Of a stretch of 10,197 nucleotides of DNA, positions 1 to 9,045 are shown piece after piece. The notes below the pieces were generated by a model that saw nothing but the letters and a program-made list of their open reading frames with translations, searched no databases and was not told the origin of the DNA. The stretch covers positions 1 through 10,197 of the forward strand of contig CAZZIO010000027.1 of assembly GCA_964654465.1 (NCBI GenBank), written 5' to 3'. Made by a program: the position numbers and the translations under genes. Position 1 is the stretch's first letter. Every line of letters starts with the position of its first letter. Source of the stretch: an uncultured Dictyoglomota bacterium (lineage in GTDB: Bacteria > Dictyoglomota > Dictyoglomia > Dictyoglomales > Dictyoglomaceae).

Positions 1-101
1 CCATTAAATTTTTCCAATCTAAACCATGAAATAAGTTCTTTAATATTTATCAGAAATGCAGGGGTCTTAATATAAATCTCTTTCCCAATAGGAAACTTCA
101 C
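1..101 (-). CDS. Hypothetical protein, 5' portion (runs off the left edge)
   Basis: GTG at 101-99 with a purine-rich GGGGAAGGGG element about 10 nt upstream. The frame stays open to position 1: MKFPIGKEIYIKTPAFLINIKELISWFRLEKFN. It lies 42 bp downstream of the SDR stop on the same strand. Not in the ORF track. Confidence 0.55.
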   Translation of the reverse strand, partial: MKFPIGKEIYIKTPAFLINIKELISWFRLEKFN

Positions 102-143
102 CTTAATACATCCCCTTCCCCTTATTCAATAAATATCTATATC

Positions 144-851
144 CTAAAAGGGAATTTCCTTACCATCTTTGAAAAATTTTCCTGTTACTTCAAAAGGCAT
201 AGTAACAAGAGCCAAAGCTCCCTTTGCAGAATCTTTTGGGCTTCCAGGGGCATTAGGCCCACCCATATCCGTCTTTACCCATCCAGGATCTAAAGCATTG
301 ACAGCAACCTTTCCTTTCAATTCATTAGCAAGAAGCACGGTAAGACCATTTAGTGCAAATTTACTTAATCTATAGCTTGCAATATCATACATCTCTCTTA
401 AAGCTGAAAAAGTACCTGCTCCAGAGCTAACATTCACTATTCTTGGCTCATTACCTTTAAGAAGAAAAGGTACCATAGCCCTTATAAGATAATACGGAGC
501 ATAAAGATTCACTTGAAAAGTTTTTTCCAATATATCCTTATCTTCTTCTAAAAATCCTCCATAAGCTAACATTACCCCAGCATTATTAATAAGAATATCC
601 AAAGCATTCCATTTATTTTTGACAAACTCTACCACCTTTTCTTCAAAACCCATTTGGGATATATCTAATACAAGACCTTCAAAATCCCCCAATTTCTTAA
701 ATTCTGACTCTGCTTCTCTTAATCTCTTCTCATCCCTCGAAATACCAATTATACTTGCCCCTTCTTCTAAAAATAACTTTACAATCTCATAACCAACACC
801 TCGGGAAGCTCCTGTTATCAACACCCTTTTCCCCTCAAGTACTCTACCCAT
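144..851 (-). CDS. Short-chain dehydrogenase/reductase (classical SDR, carbonyl-reductase-like)
   Basis: TGASRGVG (TGxxxGxG), NNAG, NVSS, catalytic YRLSK (YxxxK) and PGWVKTDMGG. Start moved from 872 to the ATG at 851 because GGAGGT (861-866, minus strand) lies 9 nt upstream. Confidence 0.93.
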   Translation of the reverse strand: MGRVLEGKRVLITGASRGVGYEIVKLFLEEGASIIGISRDEKRLREAESEFKKLGDFEGLVLDISQMGFEEKVVEFVKNKWNALDILINNAGVMLAYGGFLEEDKDILEKTFQVNLYAPYYLIRAMVPFLLKGNEPRIVNVSSGAGTFSALREMYDIASYRLSKFALNGLTVLLANELKGKVAVNALDPGWVKTDMGGPNAPGSPKDSAKGALALVTMPFEVTGKFFKDGKEIPF

Positions 852-895
852 TATATATTTACCTCCAATCATTCTCTAACTTATATACTAACATC

Positions 896-906
896 ATTAT
901 AACACA
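896..906 (-). promoter_or_regulatory. Putative extended -10 promoter for the SDR gene
   Basis: Minus strand reads TGTG-T-TATAAT (TRTG motif plus perfect -10). No good -35 at 17 bp spacing. Confidence 0.55.
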
Positions 907-929
907 TTACCTTATAATTTCTTTTACAA

Positions 930-958
930 TTGAAAAAATAAAATCTTATTGGTATAAT
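930..958 (+). promoter_or_regulatory. Putative sigma70/sigmaA promoter for phoU
   Basis: TTGAAA (930-935), 17-bp spacer, TATAAT (953-958), with an extended -10 TG at 950-951. Confidence 0.7.
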
Positions 959-998
959 TACTAAAATTCAAAATGGGTTCTAAGGAGGATAAGAAGCT

Positions 999-1655
999 TT
1001 GCTTAGACAGAATTTCTTAGAAGAACTTAAAAAATTAGAAAACTCACTTGTAGAAATGGGCTCTACTGTAAAGGATATGCTTGAAAAAAGTAAAAAAGCC
1101 ATAATAGATAAAGATGAGGCTTTAGCAAAACAAGTTATAGATATGGATGATATTGTAGACAAATACAATTGGAGTATAGAGAACAACTGTCTCAAGCTTC
1201 TTGCTCTTCAGCAACCTATGGCTCATGATCTTAGAGTAATTGCTGCTGCAATGAAAATTATAAGTGATATAGAAAGAATGGGAGATTATTGTGTAGATAT
1301 AGCCAAATTCACTATTGAACTAATCAAGTTACCCCTATTGCCATTAAACAAAAATTTAACAAACATGTTTGAACTAGTTGAAAAAATGCTCTGTGATTCA
1401 CTGGATGCCTTTATTAACAGAGATATTAACTTTATACTAAGTGTGGTAGACCAAGATGACGCTATTGATAGAACATATTACCGAATATATGATGAGGTTA
1501 TAGAAGAGATCGAACATGCACCTGAGACTGCCCCTCAGCAAGTAAAATATCTTATGATTGCAAGATTCTTAGAAAGAATAGCAGACCATATAACCAATAT
1601 AGCAGAAAGAATATATTATATGGAAACAGGAGAATTAAAAGAGCTTCACGAATAA
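999..1655 (+). CDS. phoU: Phosphate signalling/transport regulator PhoU
   Basis: Two PhoU repeats: LALQQPMAHDLR...SDIERMGDYCVDIA and DDAIDR...RFLERIADHITNIAERIYY. TTG start with AGGAGG at 983-988. Confidence 0.96.
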   Translation: MLRQNFLEELKKLENSLVEMGSTVKDMLEKSKKAIIDKDEALAKQVIDMDDIVDKYNWSIENNCLKLLALQQPMAHDLRVIAAAMKIISDIERMGDYCVDIAKFTIELIKLPLLPLNKNLTNMFELVEKMLCDSLDAFINRDINFILSVVDQDDAIDRTYYRIYDEVIEEIEHAPETAPQQVKYLMIARFLERIADHITNIAERIYYMETGELKELHE

Positions 1656-1656
1656 A

Positions 1657-2415
1657 TTAGCCAAACTTTCCTGTAATATACTCTTCAGTAAGCTTTTTCT
1701 TTGGATTTGTAAAAATCTCAGCAGTAGGTCCTATCTCAATAACTTCTCCAAGGTACATGAATACCGTCTCATCTGATACTCTTGCTGCTTGTTGCATATT
1801 GTGAGTAACAATTATTATTGTGACTTCCTTTTTCAATTCCCTTATAGTCTCTTCTATTCTATATGTAGATATGGGGTCTAAAGCTGATGTAGGCTCATCC
1901 ATAAGTAATACCTCGGGTTGCACAGCTAAGGCTCTTGCTATACAAACTCTTTGTTGTTGCCCGCCTGATAGGCTAGAAGGATACTCCCTTAATCTATTCT
2001 TAACCTCTTCCCAAATTCCAGCAAGTCTTAAACTTCTTTCCACAATTTCATCCTTTTCTGATTTTGAAAGTCTTTTATTGTTCAAGATATATCCTGCAAT
2101 TACATTATCATAAATAGTCATATTAGAAAAAAGATTTGGTCTTTGAAAAACCATTCCAATTCTTCTTCTTACAATAACAGGATCCACATCCTTACCATAT
2201 ATATTTAAATTACCCAAAAAGATGTTACCTTCAACTCTTGCACCAGGAGACAATTCATGCAATCTATTAAAACATCTAAGAAGAGTGGTCTTTCCACAAC
2301 CTGATGGTCCAATAATAGCTGAAATATATTTCTCTTTAATAGAAAGATTAATATTTTTAAGGACATGCATAGACCCAAACCATGCATTTAAATTTTCGAC
2401 CCTTATCTTATCCAA
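1657..2415 (-). CDS. pstB: Phosphate ABC transporter ATP-binding protein
   Basis: Walker [21 protein letters not shown], signature LSGGQQQR, Walker [26 protein letters not shown] and C-terminal [13 protein letters not shown] start with GGAGG at 2424-2428. Confidence 0.97.
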   Translation of the reverse strand: MDKIRVENLNAWFGSMHVLKNINLSIKEKYISAIIGPSGCGKTTLLRCFNRLHELSPGARVEGNIFLGNLNIYGKDVDPVIVRRRIGMVFQRPNLFSNMTIYDNVIAGYILNNKRLSKSEKDEIVERSLRLAGIWEEVKNRLREYPSSLSGGQQQRVCIARALAVQPEVLLMDEPTSALDPISTYRIEETIRELKKEVTIIIVTHNMQQAARVSDETVFMYLGEVIEIGPTAEIFTNPKKKLTEEYITGKFG

Positions 2416-2429
2416 TGCACATTCCTCCC

Positions 2430-3266
2430 TTAATGTTTTCCTTTTTTACTCGCATATATTCGGGCAATTATATTTAAAATCAAAATAATAGTAACAAGAA
2501 CAAGGGCTGATGCAAAAGCTTTATTTCTCCAATCATCATATGGAGATGTGGCATAATTAAAGATGGTTACAGTAAGGCTTCCAATTGGCTTAGTCAAGCT
2601 AAGACTCCAATATACATTATTAAATGAAGTAAAAAGTAAAGGCGCAGTTTCTCCCATAACTCTTGCTACTGCGATCATTATTCCTGTTACTATACCACTG
2701 GATGCAGAAGGAATAACCACTCTCAAAATTGTTTTCCACTTTGGCACTCCCAAGGCATAAGCTGCTTCTCTTACAGAGATAGGCACCATTTTTAAAGATT
2801 CTTCTGTAGATTTAGCTATAACAGGAAGCATTATTATAGATAAAGCTATACTTCCGGCAAGAGCTGAAAAGGTCCTCATAGGGATAACAATTATAGTATA
2901 AACAAAGACACCTATGATTAAAGTTGGAAAACTGGTAAGTACCTCTGTTAAAAATTTAGCCCACCATGCAAGCTTTCCTAAATGATATTCTGTAATAGCT
3001 ATAGCAATCATCATACCTATAGGCACTCCAATTAAAGATGCCACTAAAGTAAGAATTAATGTACCTACAATAGCATTTGCAACTCCACCACCCGGAACAC
3101 CTGGAGGCTTGGGAAGCTCTAAAAAAAGACTGAAATTTATATATCTAATACCCTTTATAAATACATCCCCTAAAATCCAAAAAAGAAATAAAGATCCAAT
3201 AAGGAATGTTATCATGCTTATGGTTAACATTACTCTATTTATTATCTTTCTTGTCCTATAATTCAT
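2430..3266 (-). CDS. pstA: Phosphate ABC transporter permease PstA
   Basis: [14 protein letters not shown] loop REAAYALG and [11 protein letters not shown]. Multiple TM segments. ATGA overlap with the pstC stop. Confidence 0.95.
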   Translation of the reverse strand: MNYRTRKIINRVMLTISMITFLIGSLFLFWILGDVFIKGIRYINFSLFLELPKPPGVPGGGVANAIVGTLILTLVASLIGVPIGMMIAIAITEYHLGKLAWWAKFLTEVLTSFPTLIIGVFVYTIIVIPMRTFSALAGSIALSIIMLPVIAKSTEESLKMVPISVREAAYALGVPKWKTILRVVIPSASSGIVTGIMIAVARVMGETAPLLFTSFNNVYWSLSLTKPIGSLTVTIFNYATSPYDDWRNKAFASALVLVTIILILNIIARIYASKKGKH

Positions 3267-4171
3267 TCTTTAACAATCCTCTTCAATATATAGTATCGAG
3301 CAAACCCCATTATTAGAAAAGTGATTAAGAATAAAATTAAAGCGAGTTCCATAAGTACAGAAAGCTTTAACTCACCTGTTGCCTCTGCAAACTGATTTAT
3401 AATTACACTGGTTATAGTAACTCCAGGAGAGAAGAGGGATATGGATATATCATGAAAATTTCCAATTACCATAGTTACAGCTACAGCCTCACCAAGAGCC
3501 CTACCAAGCCCTAAAATTCCTGCTGCAAAAATTCCTGACTTTGCATTACCCAAAACTACCTTTGATATAACCTCCCATTTAGTCATACCAAGAGCATATC
3601 CTGCCTCCCTCTGATCCATAGGGACTGCCATTAATATCTCACGAGACAAAGAAGATATGGTTGGAATGATCATAATAGAAAGAACAACTCCAGCAGTAAG
3701 ATAACCTACTCCCATAGGATATCCTTGGAAGAATGGTAAAAATCCAAGGATTCTTTGAATAAAAGGACCTATCTTAAGTTGAAGTAAGGGAGCTAAAACA
3801 AAAAGTCCCCACATACCATAAATTAAACTTGGTATTGCCCCTAAAAGCTCAATAATAAAAGAAAAAATACGTTTTAAAAAAATAGGAGCAAGCTCCGAGA
3901 TAAATATAGCAATTCCAATACTTATAGGAAAGGCAATAAGAAGAGCAAGAAAAGATGTAACCAATGTACCATATATAGCAGGTAAAGCACCATACTTATC
4001 TGCCACAGGGTCCCATATCTTATCTATTACAAATTTAAATCCAAATTTCTTTATACTGGGGATAGAATAAATAACTAATGATATAAAGAGGGATATAACA
4101 AGAATAACAAGTAGAAGACTTGCAAAAATGGCAAGACCTTTAAAAATTTTATCTCCTATACTTTTACTCAT
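3263..4171 (-). CDS. pstC: Phosphate ABC transporter permease PstC
   Basis: WDP..KYGALPAIYGTL, IELLGAIPSLIYGMWG, REAGYALG and LGRALGEAVAVTMVIGN. The ATG at 4171 is preferred (GGGTGA at 4180-4185, 8 nt upstream); the GTG at 4183 is the alternative. Confidence 0.94.
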   Translation of the reverse strand: MSKSIGDKIFKGLAIFASLLLVILVISLFISLVIYSIPSIKKFGFKFVIDKIWDPVADKYGALPAIYGTLVTSFLALLIAFPISIGIAIFISELAPIFLKRIFSFIIELLGAIPSLIYGMWGLFVLAPLLQLKIGPFIQRILGFLPFFQGYPMGVGYLTAGVVLSIMIIPTISSLSREILMAVPMDQREAGYALGMTKWEVISKVVLGNAKSGIFAAGILGLGRALGEAVAVTMVIGNFHDISISLFSPGVTITSVIINQFAEATGELKLSVLMELALILFLITFLIMGFARYYILKRIVKE

Positions 4172-4239
4172 ATATTTCTTCACCCATAAAAACTAAACTA
4201 CCCTTATTTTAATTTTAGAAAAATCAATCGTAAAGTAAA

Positions 4240-5487
4240 TTAAAAAAATTTTAAAGTAATATCATCTAATATGTTAAAAAACAAATCCATTGTCTCCACC
4301 AAATTTTCTCTTTTTATCTTTTCTCTTGTGTCAGACTTTTGATGAAGATCAGGAATATATCCCTCTGAATCACTTCTTATAAAAAAGAAAACAGGAATCT
4401 TAAGAAGATGAAAGATATATTGATCCGAATCGGACAGATAATAATTCTCTACAAAATTTGCAGGTACACTCAATTTTTTAATATATTTCTCAGCATACGT
4501 ATTATAACCTACTATTAAGAATTTTCCCCTTCCTACACAGTCTAAATTTACATTTAAAAATATATTTTCAAGAGGAATAGGAGAATTTTCCACAAAGTAT
4601 TTTGCTCCTAAAAGTCCCTTCTCCTCTGCATTTGTCACTAAGAATAATATATTAAAAGGATAATCATTACCTTTTTCCAATATTAATTTTGCTATCTCCA
4701 TTAAAACCCCAACGCCTGAGGCATTATCATTGGCACCTGGAAAAAAGGTGTTATCAGGCTCTTTTCCCACATGATCTACATGGGCAGAAATTAATAAAAC
4801 TTTCTCACTTTTTATCTTTGATGGTACATAAAAAATAAGATTATAGGCTTTCTCTAATCTTTTATCATATTCAATCCTATAATAACCTATTACTTTTTGT
4901 TTCTTATCTAAAAGATCCTTTATATTCTGAAATATTTGAGAAGAAATATAGATTACAGGTAGATTACTATTTTGAAAGAACAAGGATTTTTCAAAAATCA
5001 ATTCCGTCATATCCTTTGGTATACCCAATATTACTCCCTTTGCACCATAAATAGAGGCAACAACCTGAGACTTCGTAACTCCATTCCTATAATCTGTAAG
5101 CCAAAAACTATCTTTAATATTTTTAACATCCCCTTCAATAGGAGCTTCTACTTTCCAGCTTCCCGAAAATCTATCTCTAAAATCTTCCCTATATTTAAAT
5201 TTCTTTAACTCCTGATTATACTTTATAGCAAATTCGGGCATATCCCTTAGCTCATAAACTTCTACAGGAAAATCTTGCAAAAAATAATTACTAACATTTA
5301 TCTTATCTAATTCCGAAGACAAAAAATTAATAGCCTCCCTATTTTCTAATGTACCTGCTTGTCTACCCATATATTTTTTATCAGAAAGTTCATAAATCAC
5401 ATTTAGTGCATAATCTCCCTTAACATAAGAAGATAAAGAGGAAATAAAAAGAAGAAAAAAGGATAAAATCAAGATTATAATTCTCAT
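4240..5487 (-). CDS. Exported M28-family zinc aminopeptidase (probable PA-like insert)
   Basis: N-terminal hydrophobic signal, GRQAGT, and metal-ligand motifs SAHVDH, GANDNASG, AEEKGLLG, NLDCVG and LHQKSD. ATGA overlap with the upstream gene. Confidence 0.88.
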   Translation of the reverse strand: MRIIILILSFFLLFISSLSSYVKGDYALNVIYELSDKKYMGRQAGTLENREAINFLSSELDKINVSNYFLQDFPVEVYELRDMPEFAIKYNQELKKFKYREDFRDRFSGSWKVEAPIEGDVKNIKDSFWLTDYRNGVTKSQVVASIYGAKGVILGIPKDMTELIFEKSLFFQNSNLPVIYISSQIFQNIKDLLDKKQKVIGYYRIEYDKRLEKAYNLIFYVPSKIKSEKVLLISAHVDHVGKEPDNTFFPGANDNASGVGVLMEIAKLILEKGNDYPFNILFLVTNAEEKGLLGAKYFVENSPIPLENIFLNVNLDCVGRGKFLIVGYNTYAEKYIKKLSVPANFVENYYLSDSDQYIFHLLKIPVFFFIRSDSEGYIPDLHQKSDTREKIKRENLVETMDLFFNILDDITLKFF

Positions 5488-7031
5488 GCGTTTGTACTCC
5501 TTTTATCTATCTCTTTAAGAAGTATCAAGGCAGAATTTAAAAGAGAATAGGTATCCATATCCTGAGGAATTGTCTGAGACTTAAATTTTTCAATGTAATT
5601 CTCTAAATCAGAGATCAAAGAATACACATCAATTTTAGGAGTAACCCTTGGAGTTATAATTTCTTTCTTTTCTAAATCTAAGGTTTGGGCATAGGTAGGA
5701 ATAATAGTCTTTCTTCCTCTAAGTTGTAATAACTGTCCAAGGGTTTGAGAAGCCTTAGGCTCTCCATGAACTATGATAAAAGTAGGATCACCTTGAAAAT
5801 TATCTGTCCAAGTTAAAAGATCCTTTTGATCTGCATGAGCAGAAAATCCATTTATGGTATGAATTTTAGCCCTAACTGTTATTTCCTCTCCCATCACATG
5901 TACCTTCCTCTCGCCATCTACAATCCTTCTTCCCAATGTCCCCTCTGCCTGATAACCTACAAAAATCAAATGGGTATTTTCTTTCCACAAATTATGTTTC
6001 AAATGGTGAAGAATTCTTCCTCCCGTACACATTCCACTTCCTGCAATAACAACTCCTATATCAAGATCATTTATACTTTTTGATTCCTCAGGAGTAGACA
6101 AAAATTTTAAATTTTTTAATTGAAAAGGGCTTATTCCTTCAAGAAAATATTTCTGAATTTCTCCCGAAAGAAGATTACTATGCCTTTCATAAACTTCTGT
6201 TACCTTTTTTCCCATAGGACTATCAAAAAATATAGGAATTTTTGTTAAGATTGGGTATTTATAGGATAAAAGCATAATTTCATATATTACCCTTTGAGCC
6301 CTATCTACCACAAAGGAAGGTATAAGTACCTTACCTCCACTATTTAAAGCATCTAAGATAACTGATTCAAATTCTTTTCTCGTATCTTCCAAAGACTTAT
6401 GAAGTCTATCACCATAGGTAGATTCAATTACTACATAATCTGCTCCCTCAATAATAGGTGGAGTTCCTTCCATTACATTGTTTTGTGGCCCTATATCTCC
6501 AGAAAAAACTATCTTAGTATTATCTCCCCATACCTCTAAGGAGGATGCGCCAAGAATATGGGCAGAATCCCTAAACCTAACCTTTATATCATTAAGATCT
6601 AACATTTCATCATAAGGCACTGGTTCAAAAAGCTTCATGGCCATTTCTACTTCTTTTTCTGTATAAAGAGGCTCTATAGGAGGCTTACCCGATCTAAGAT
6701 TTTTCCTATTTATTCTTTCCACTTCCTCTTTCATAAGTTTTACAGTATCCAGCCATAGAATTTCACAAAGTTCTATAGTAGGATAGGTAGCGTATATTTT
6801 ACCCTTGAATCCTTCCTTTACAAGCTTAGGAATCCTTCCCGAATGATCCAAATGGGCATGAGTAAGAATTACTCCAGAAATCTCCTTAGGATCAAAAGTA
6901 AAAGGTACTGCATTTTCATTTTCAGATTTTCCCTGAAATATACCACAATCTACAATATATTTCTTATTATTCTCCAAGAGAAAGCAAGAGCCTGTAACCT
7001 CGCCTGCAGCCCCTAAAAAAGTTATTATCAA
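5484..7031 (-). CDS. MBL-fold/beta-CASP ribonuclease (bacterial CPSF73/YSH1-like family)
   Basis: FLGAAGEVTGS, VDCG, THAHLDHSG, SAHILG, SGDIG, IESTYG, AGSGMCTGGRILHHL, GFSAHAD and VHGE. TTG start with GAGGGTGA upstream. Confidence 0.93.
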   Translation of the reverse strand: MIITFLGAAGEVTGSCFLLENNKKYIVDCGIFQGKSENENAVPFTFDPKEISGVILTHAHLDHSGRIPKLVKEGFKGKIYATYPTIELCEILWLDTVKLMKEEVERINRKNLRSGKPPIEPLYTEKEVEMAMKLFEPVPYDEMLDLNDIKVRFRDSAHILGASSLEVWGDNTKIVFSGDIGPQNNVMEGTPPIIEGADYVVIESTYGDRLHKSLEDTRKEFESVILDALNSGGKVLIPSFVVDRAQRVIYEIMLLSYKYPILTKIPIFFDSPMGKKVTEVYERHSNLLSGEIQKYFLEGISPFQLKNLKFLSTPEESKSINDLDIGVVIAGSGMCTGGRILHHLKHNLWKENTHLIFVGYQAEGTLGRRIVDGERKVHVMGEEITVRAKIHTINGFSAHADQKDLLTWTDNFQGDPTFIIVHGEPKASQTLGQLLQLRGRKTIIPTYAQTLDLEKKEIITPRVTPKIDVYSLISDLENYIEKFKSQTIPQDMDTYSLLNSALILLKEIDKRSTNA

Positions 7032-7047
7032 AGTATCACCCTCTTTA

Positions 7048-7848
7048 CTATTTAATTTTCCATTCTACCTGTCCACAAATGAAACATTCATGACATCTGA
7101 TACAATGAGGAGAATTAGGATCCTTATTAACCTCTATATTTACAGGACATTTTGTCTTACATAAACTACAAGAAGGACAGGTGGGCTTTACTTCTAAATG
7201 ATAAAAGGAAATTTTATTGAAAACAGAAAGGATAGTACCAAGAGGACATATAAATCTACAAAAAAGACGAGATATAAACATGGAAGAAACAATAAATAAG
7301 ATAAGAAATAGAATCTTAATGGCAAACAAAAAACCAATAAGATTTCTAAGAGGTGGATGTATTAAGACTTGAGGTATTCCTGCCTCCAAGGTGCCTGCAG
7401 GACAAAGCTTACAAAACCATGGTTCAAGAGTAAAATAGGGGATCAAAATTACAAGAATAATAAGAATACTCCATCTTATAAAAGTAGCAAATCTATTTTC
7501 TATCCTTATCTTTCTCACTGGAATTTTATAAAGAAGGTCTTGAATAAAACCAAAGGGACAAAGCCAGCCACAAAAATATCTCCCAAGAAGTAAACCCGAA
7601 AGAAAAAGAATACCAAGAGTAAAAAAGGGAAATTGATGAAGCACTATAAAATGCTGAAGAGTACCAATAGGACAAGCAAAACTTGCTAATGGACAAGAAT
7701 AACAATTAAAAACTGGCACAGGTATATGCTTACCCCAAGGAGCTAAAAAATAGGAATTCACAATAAGAAGACTTATTATCTGCCAAAGACTCCGTTTTTT
7801 AGATATACTCTTTTTCTTCATGAGATAAATTATACTACAAAAAGTCAT
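7048..7848 (-). CDS. Membrane 4Fe-4S-binding protein (NapH/MauN/YccM-like polyferredoxin)
   Basis: NCYSCP...ACPIG, GRYFCGWLCPFG, FCKLCPAG, RLFCRFICPLG, C-terminal CPSCSLCKTKCP and CIRCHECFICG, plus several TM helices. Start is either 7848 (TAATG overlap) or the ATG at 7821. Confidence 0.85.
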   Translation of the reverse strand: MTFCSIIYLMKKKSISKKRSLWQIISLLIVNSYFLAPWGKHIPVPVFNCYSCPLASFACPIGTLQHFIVLHQFPFFTLGILFLSGLLLGRYFCGWLCPFGFIQDLLYKIPVRKIRIENRFATFIRWSILIILVILIPYFTLEPWFCKLCPAGTLEAGIPQVLIHPPLRNLIGFLFAIKILFLILFIVSSMFISRLFCRFICPLGTILSVFNKISFYHLEVKPTCPSCSLCKTKCPVNIEVNKDPNSPHCIRCHECFICGQVEWKIK

Positions 7849-8963
7849 TATCTAAGCCTTTTTGAAGTATAATTATAAATCAATGTGGCAGAACTCTCTC
7901 CCTTCACCTTTACATAAAATACAAAAGTATTTTTATCTATCTTCTCATAAGAGAAATTAGAAGAAACAATCTCCACACTATCTTCATAAATATATTCCTT
8001 TACCTCTACAGTCACATCCTCCTTTTTACTATTTCTTATCTCTACTGAAACCTTTGCTTCCTTTATCTCATATTTTCCTTCAACTCTCTGCTTACTCTCC
8101 AAAACCTTTCTCTCTCCTTTTATATCAAAATCAATTCCTTGTATTACTTCTATTTTTTCTCCAACTGCTATATTGGGTATACTGCTTTCCCCTAAAAAGA
8201 TTACCTTATTTCCTACCATTTCAAAAATTTTAAGACTTCCCATAGGTATAGGAATCCCAAGCCCATTCTCTTTTTTATTCTCTATATTCCATAAAATATA
8301 AACTTTTCCATTTTGAAAAGCATATCTCTTAATAGCATTATTTATCTCTGCATCTATAATAGGGATAATTTTCGTACCCCCTTTAGCTAAACTATATTCA
8401 CCTGAAAGATCAAATAATTTATAACCTTCTACTTCTTTTAACTCTGTCTCAGAGGGAACCCGCATAGCAAGAACGCTTAAACCTTTTTCCTGTAGCATTT
8501 CCTGAGGTCCTCTCTCTATATTTATTTCCCCTGCCAAAACAGAAAGCTTTATTTTTTGAAAACTCATATCAGATTTATTTTGTAGATAAATATCAGAAGA
8601 AAATCTTAATTTATCTTTATCAATAAAAAAGGAATGAACAGCATTCCAATTAATATTTGGAAGAATATAAACAATCTTTAAAGTATCAATCATATCTTCA
8701 GAAGAATAGATAAAAATACCAGATGGAGGATACAATACCTCCAAAATTCTATTTCCCTTACTTGAATATATAAAAAAGTTCCCCGCACCTACGCTCTGAG
8801 GAACTTCATCTAAGGCTATAAAATTGACTCCTTTTGTTAGTTTTACCTCTTTTTCAAGAGATACTACAGCAAAATTTCTCTGATAAACAATTAAATTCTG
8901 AGAAAAGGAAAAGGAGAGAATAAAAAGCATAAAAATAATCAAAAATATGGATATTTTTTTCAT
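7848..8963 (-). CDS. Exported DUF4139-domain protein
   Basis: Signal peptide MKKISIFLIIFMLFILSFSFS, N-terminal LIVYQRNFAVV, W...H...LQNKS, IENKKENGLGIPIPMG and C-terminal IRNSKKEDVTVEVKE..., recognised as the DUF4139 pattern. RBS GGGGGT at 8972-8977. Confidence 0.75.
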   Translation of the reverse strand: MKKISIFLIIFMLFILSFSFSQNLIVYQRNFAVVSLEKEVKLTKGVNFIALDEVPQSVGAGNFFIYSSKGNRILEVLYPPSGIFIYSSEDMIDTLKIVYILPNINWNAVHSFFIDKDKLRFSSDIYLQNKSDMSFQKIKLSVLAGEINIERGPQEMLQEKGLSVLAMRVPSETELKEVEGYKLFDLSGEYSLAKGGTKIIPIIDAEINNAIKRYAFQNGKVYILWNIENKKENGLGIPIPMGSLKIFEMVGNKVIFLGESSIPNIAVGEKIEVIQGIDFDIKGERKVLESKQRVEGKYEIKEAKVSVEIRNSKKEDVTVEVKEYIYEDSVEIVSSNFSYEKIDKNTFVFYVKVKGESSATLIYNYTSKRLR

Positions 8964-8995
8964 TATTATTTACCCCCTATAAAGAAATTTTCTAA

Positions 8996-9006
8996 ATTAT
9001 AACATA
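8996..9006 (-). promoter_or_regulatory. Putative extended -10 promoter for the DUF4139...pstB gene run
   Basis: Minus strand reads TATG-T-TATAAT, the same TRTG-T-TATAAT architecture as 896-906, about 33 bp upstream of the 8963 ATG. Confidence 0.55.
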
Positions 9007-9011
9007 TTTTT

Positions 9012-9040
9012 ATGTCACCCACTCTTAGGATTTATTTAAT
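9012..9040 (+). promoter_or_regulatory. Possible promoter of the small-gene cassette
   Basis: ATGTCA (9012-9017), 17 bp, TTTAAT (9035-9040). These are 4/6 and 5/6 matches in AT-rich DNA. Confidence 0.3.
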
Positions 9041-9045
9041 AGAAT

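Noticed and set aside
4240-5487. M28 protein as a PstS substitute or as an inactive peptidase (SDQ instead of the usual SDH)
   Set aside because: It has no periplasmic binding-protein features, and all five zinc-ligand motifs plus the catalytic Glu appear present.
169-7593. Short ORFs in the track (169-375, 755-964, 980-1195, 1820-2113, 2205-2387, 2222-2488, 2563-2760, 4972-5208, 5826-6083, 7369-7593)
   Set aside because: They overlap well-supported genes, antisense or in another frame, and show no recognisable motifs. They are most likely shadow ORFs.
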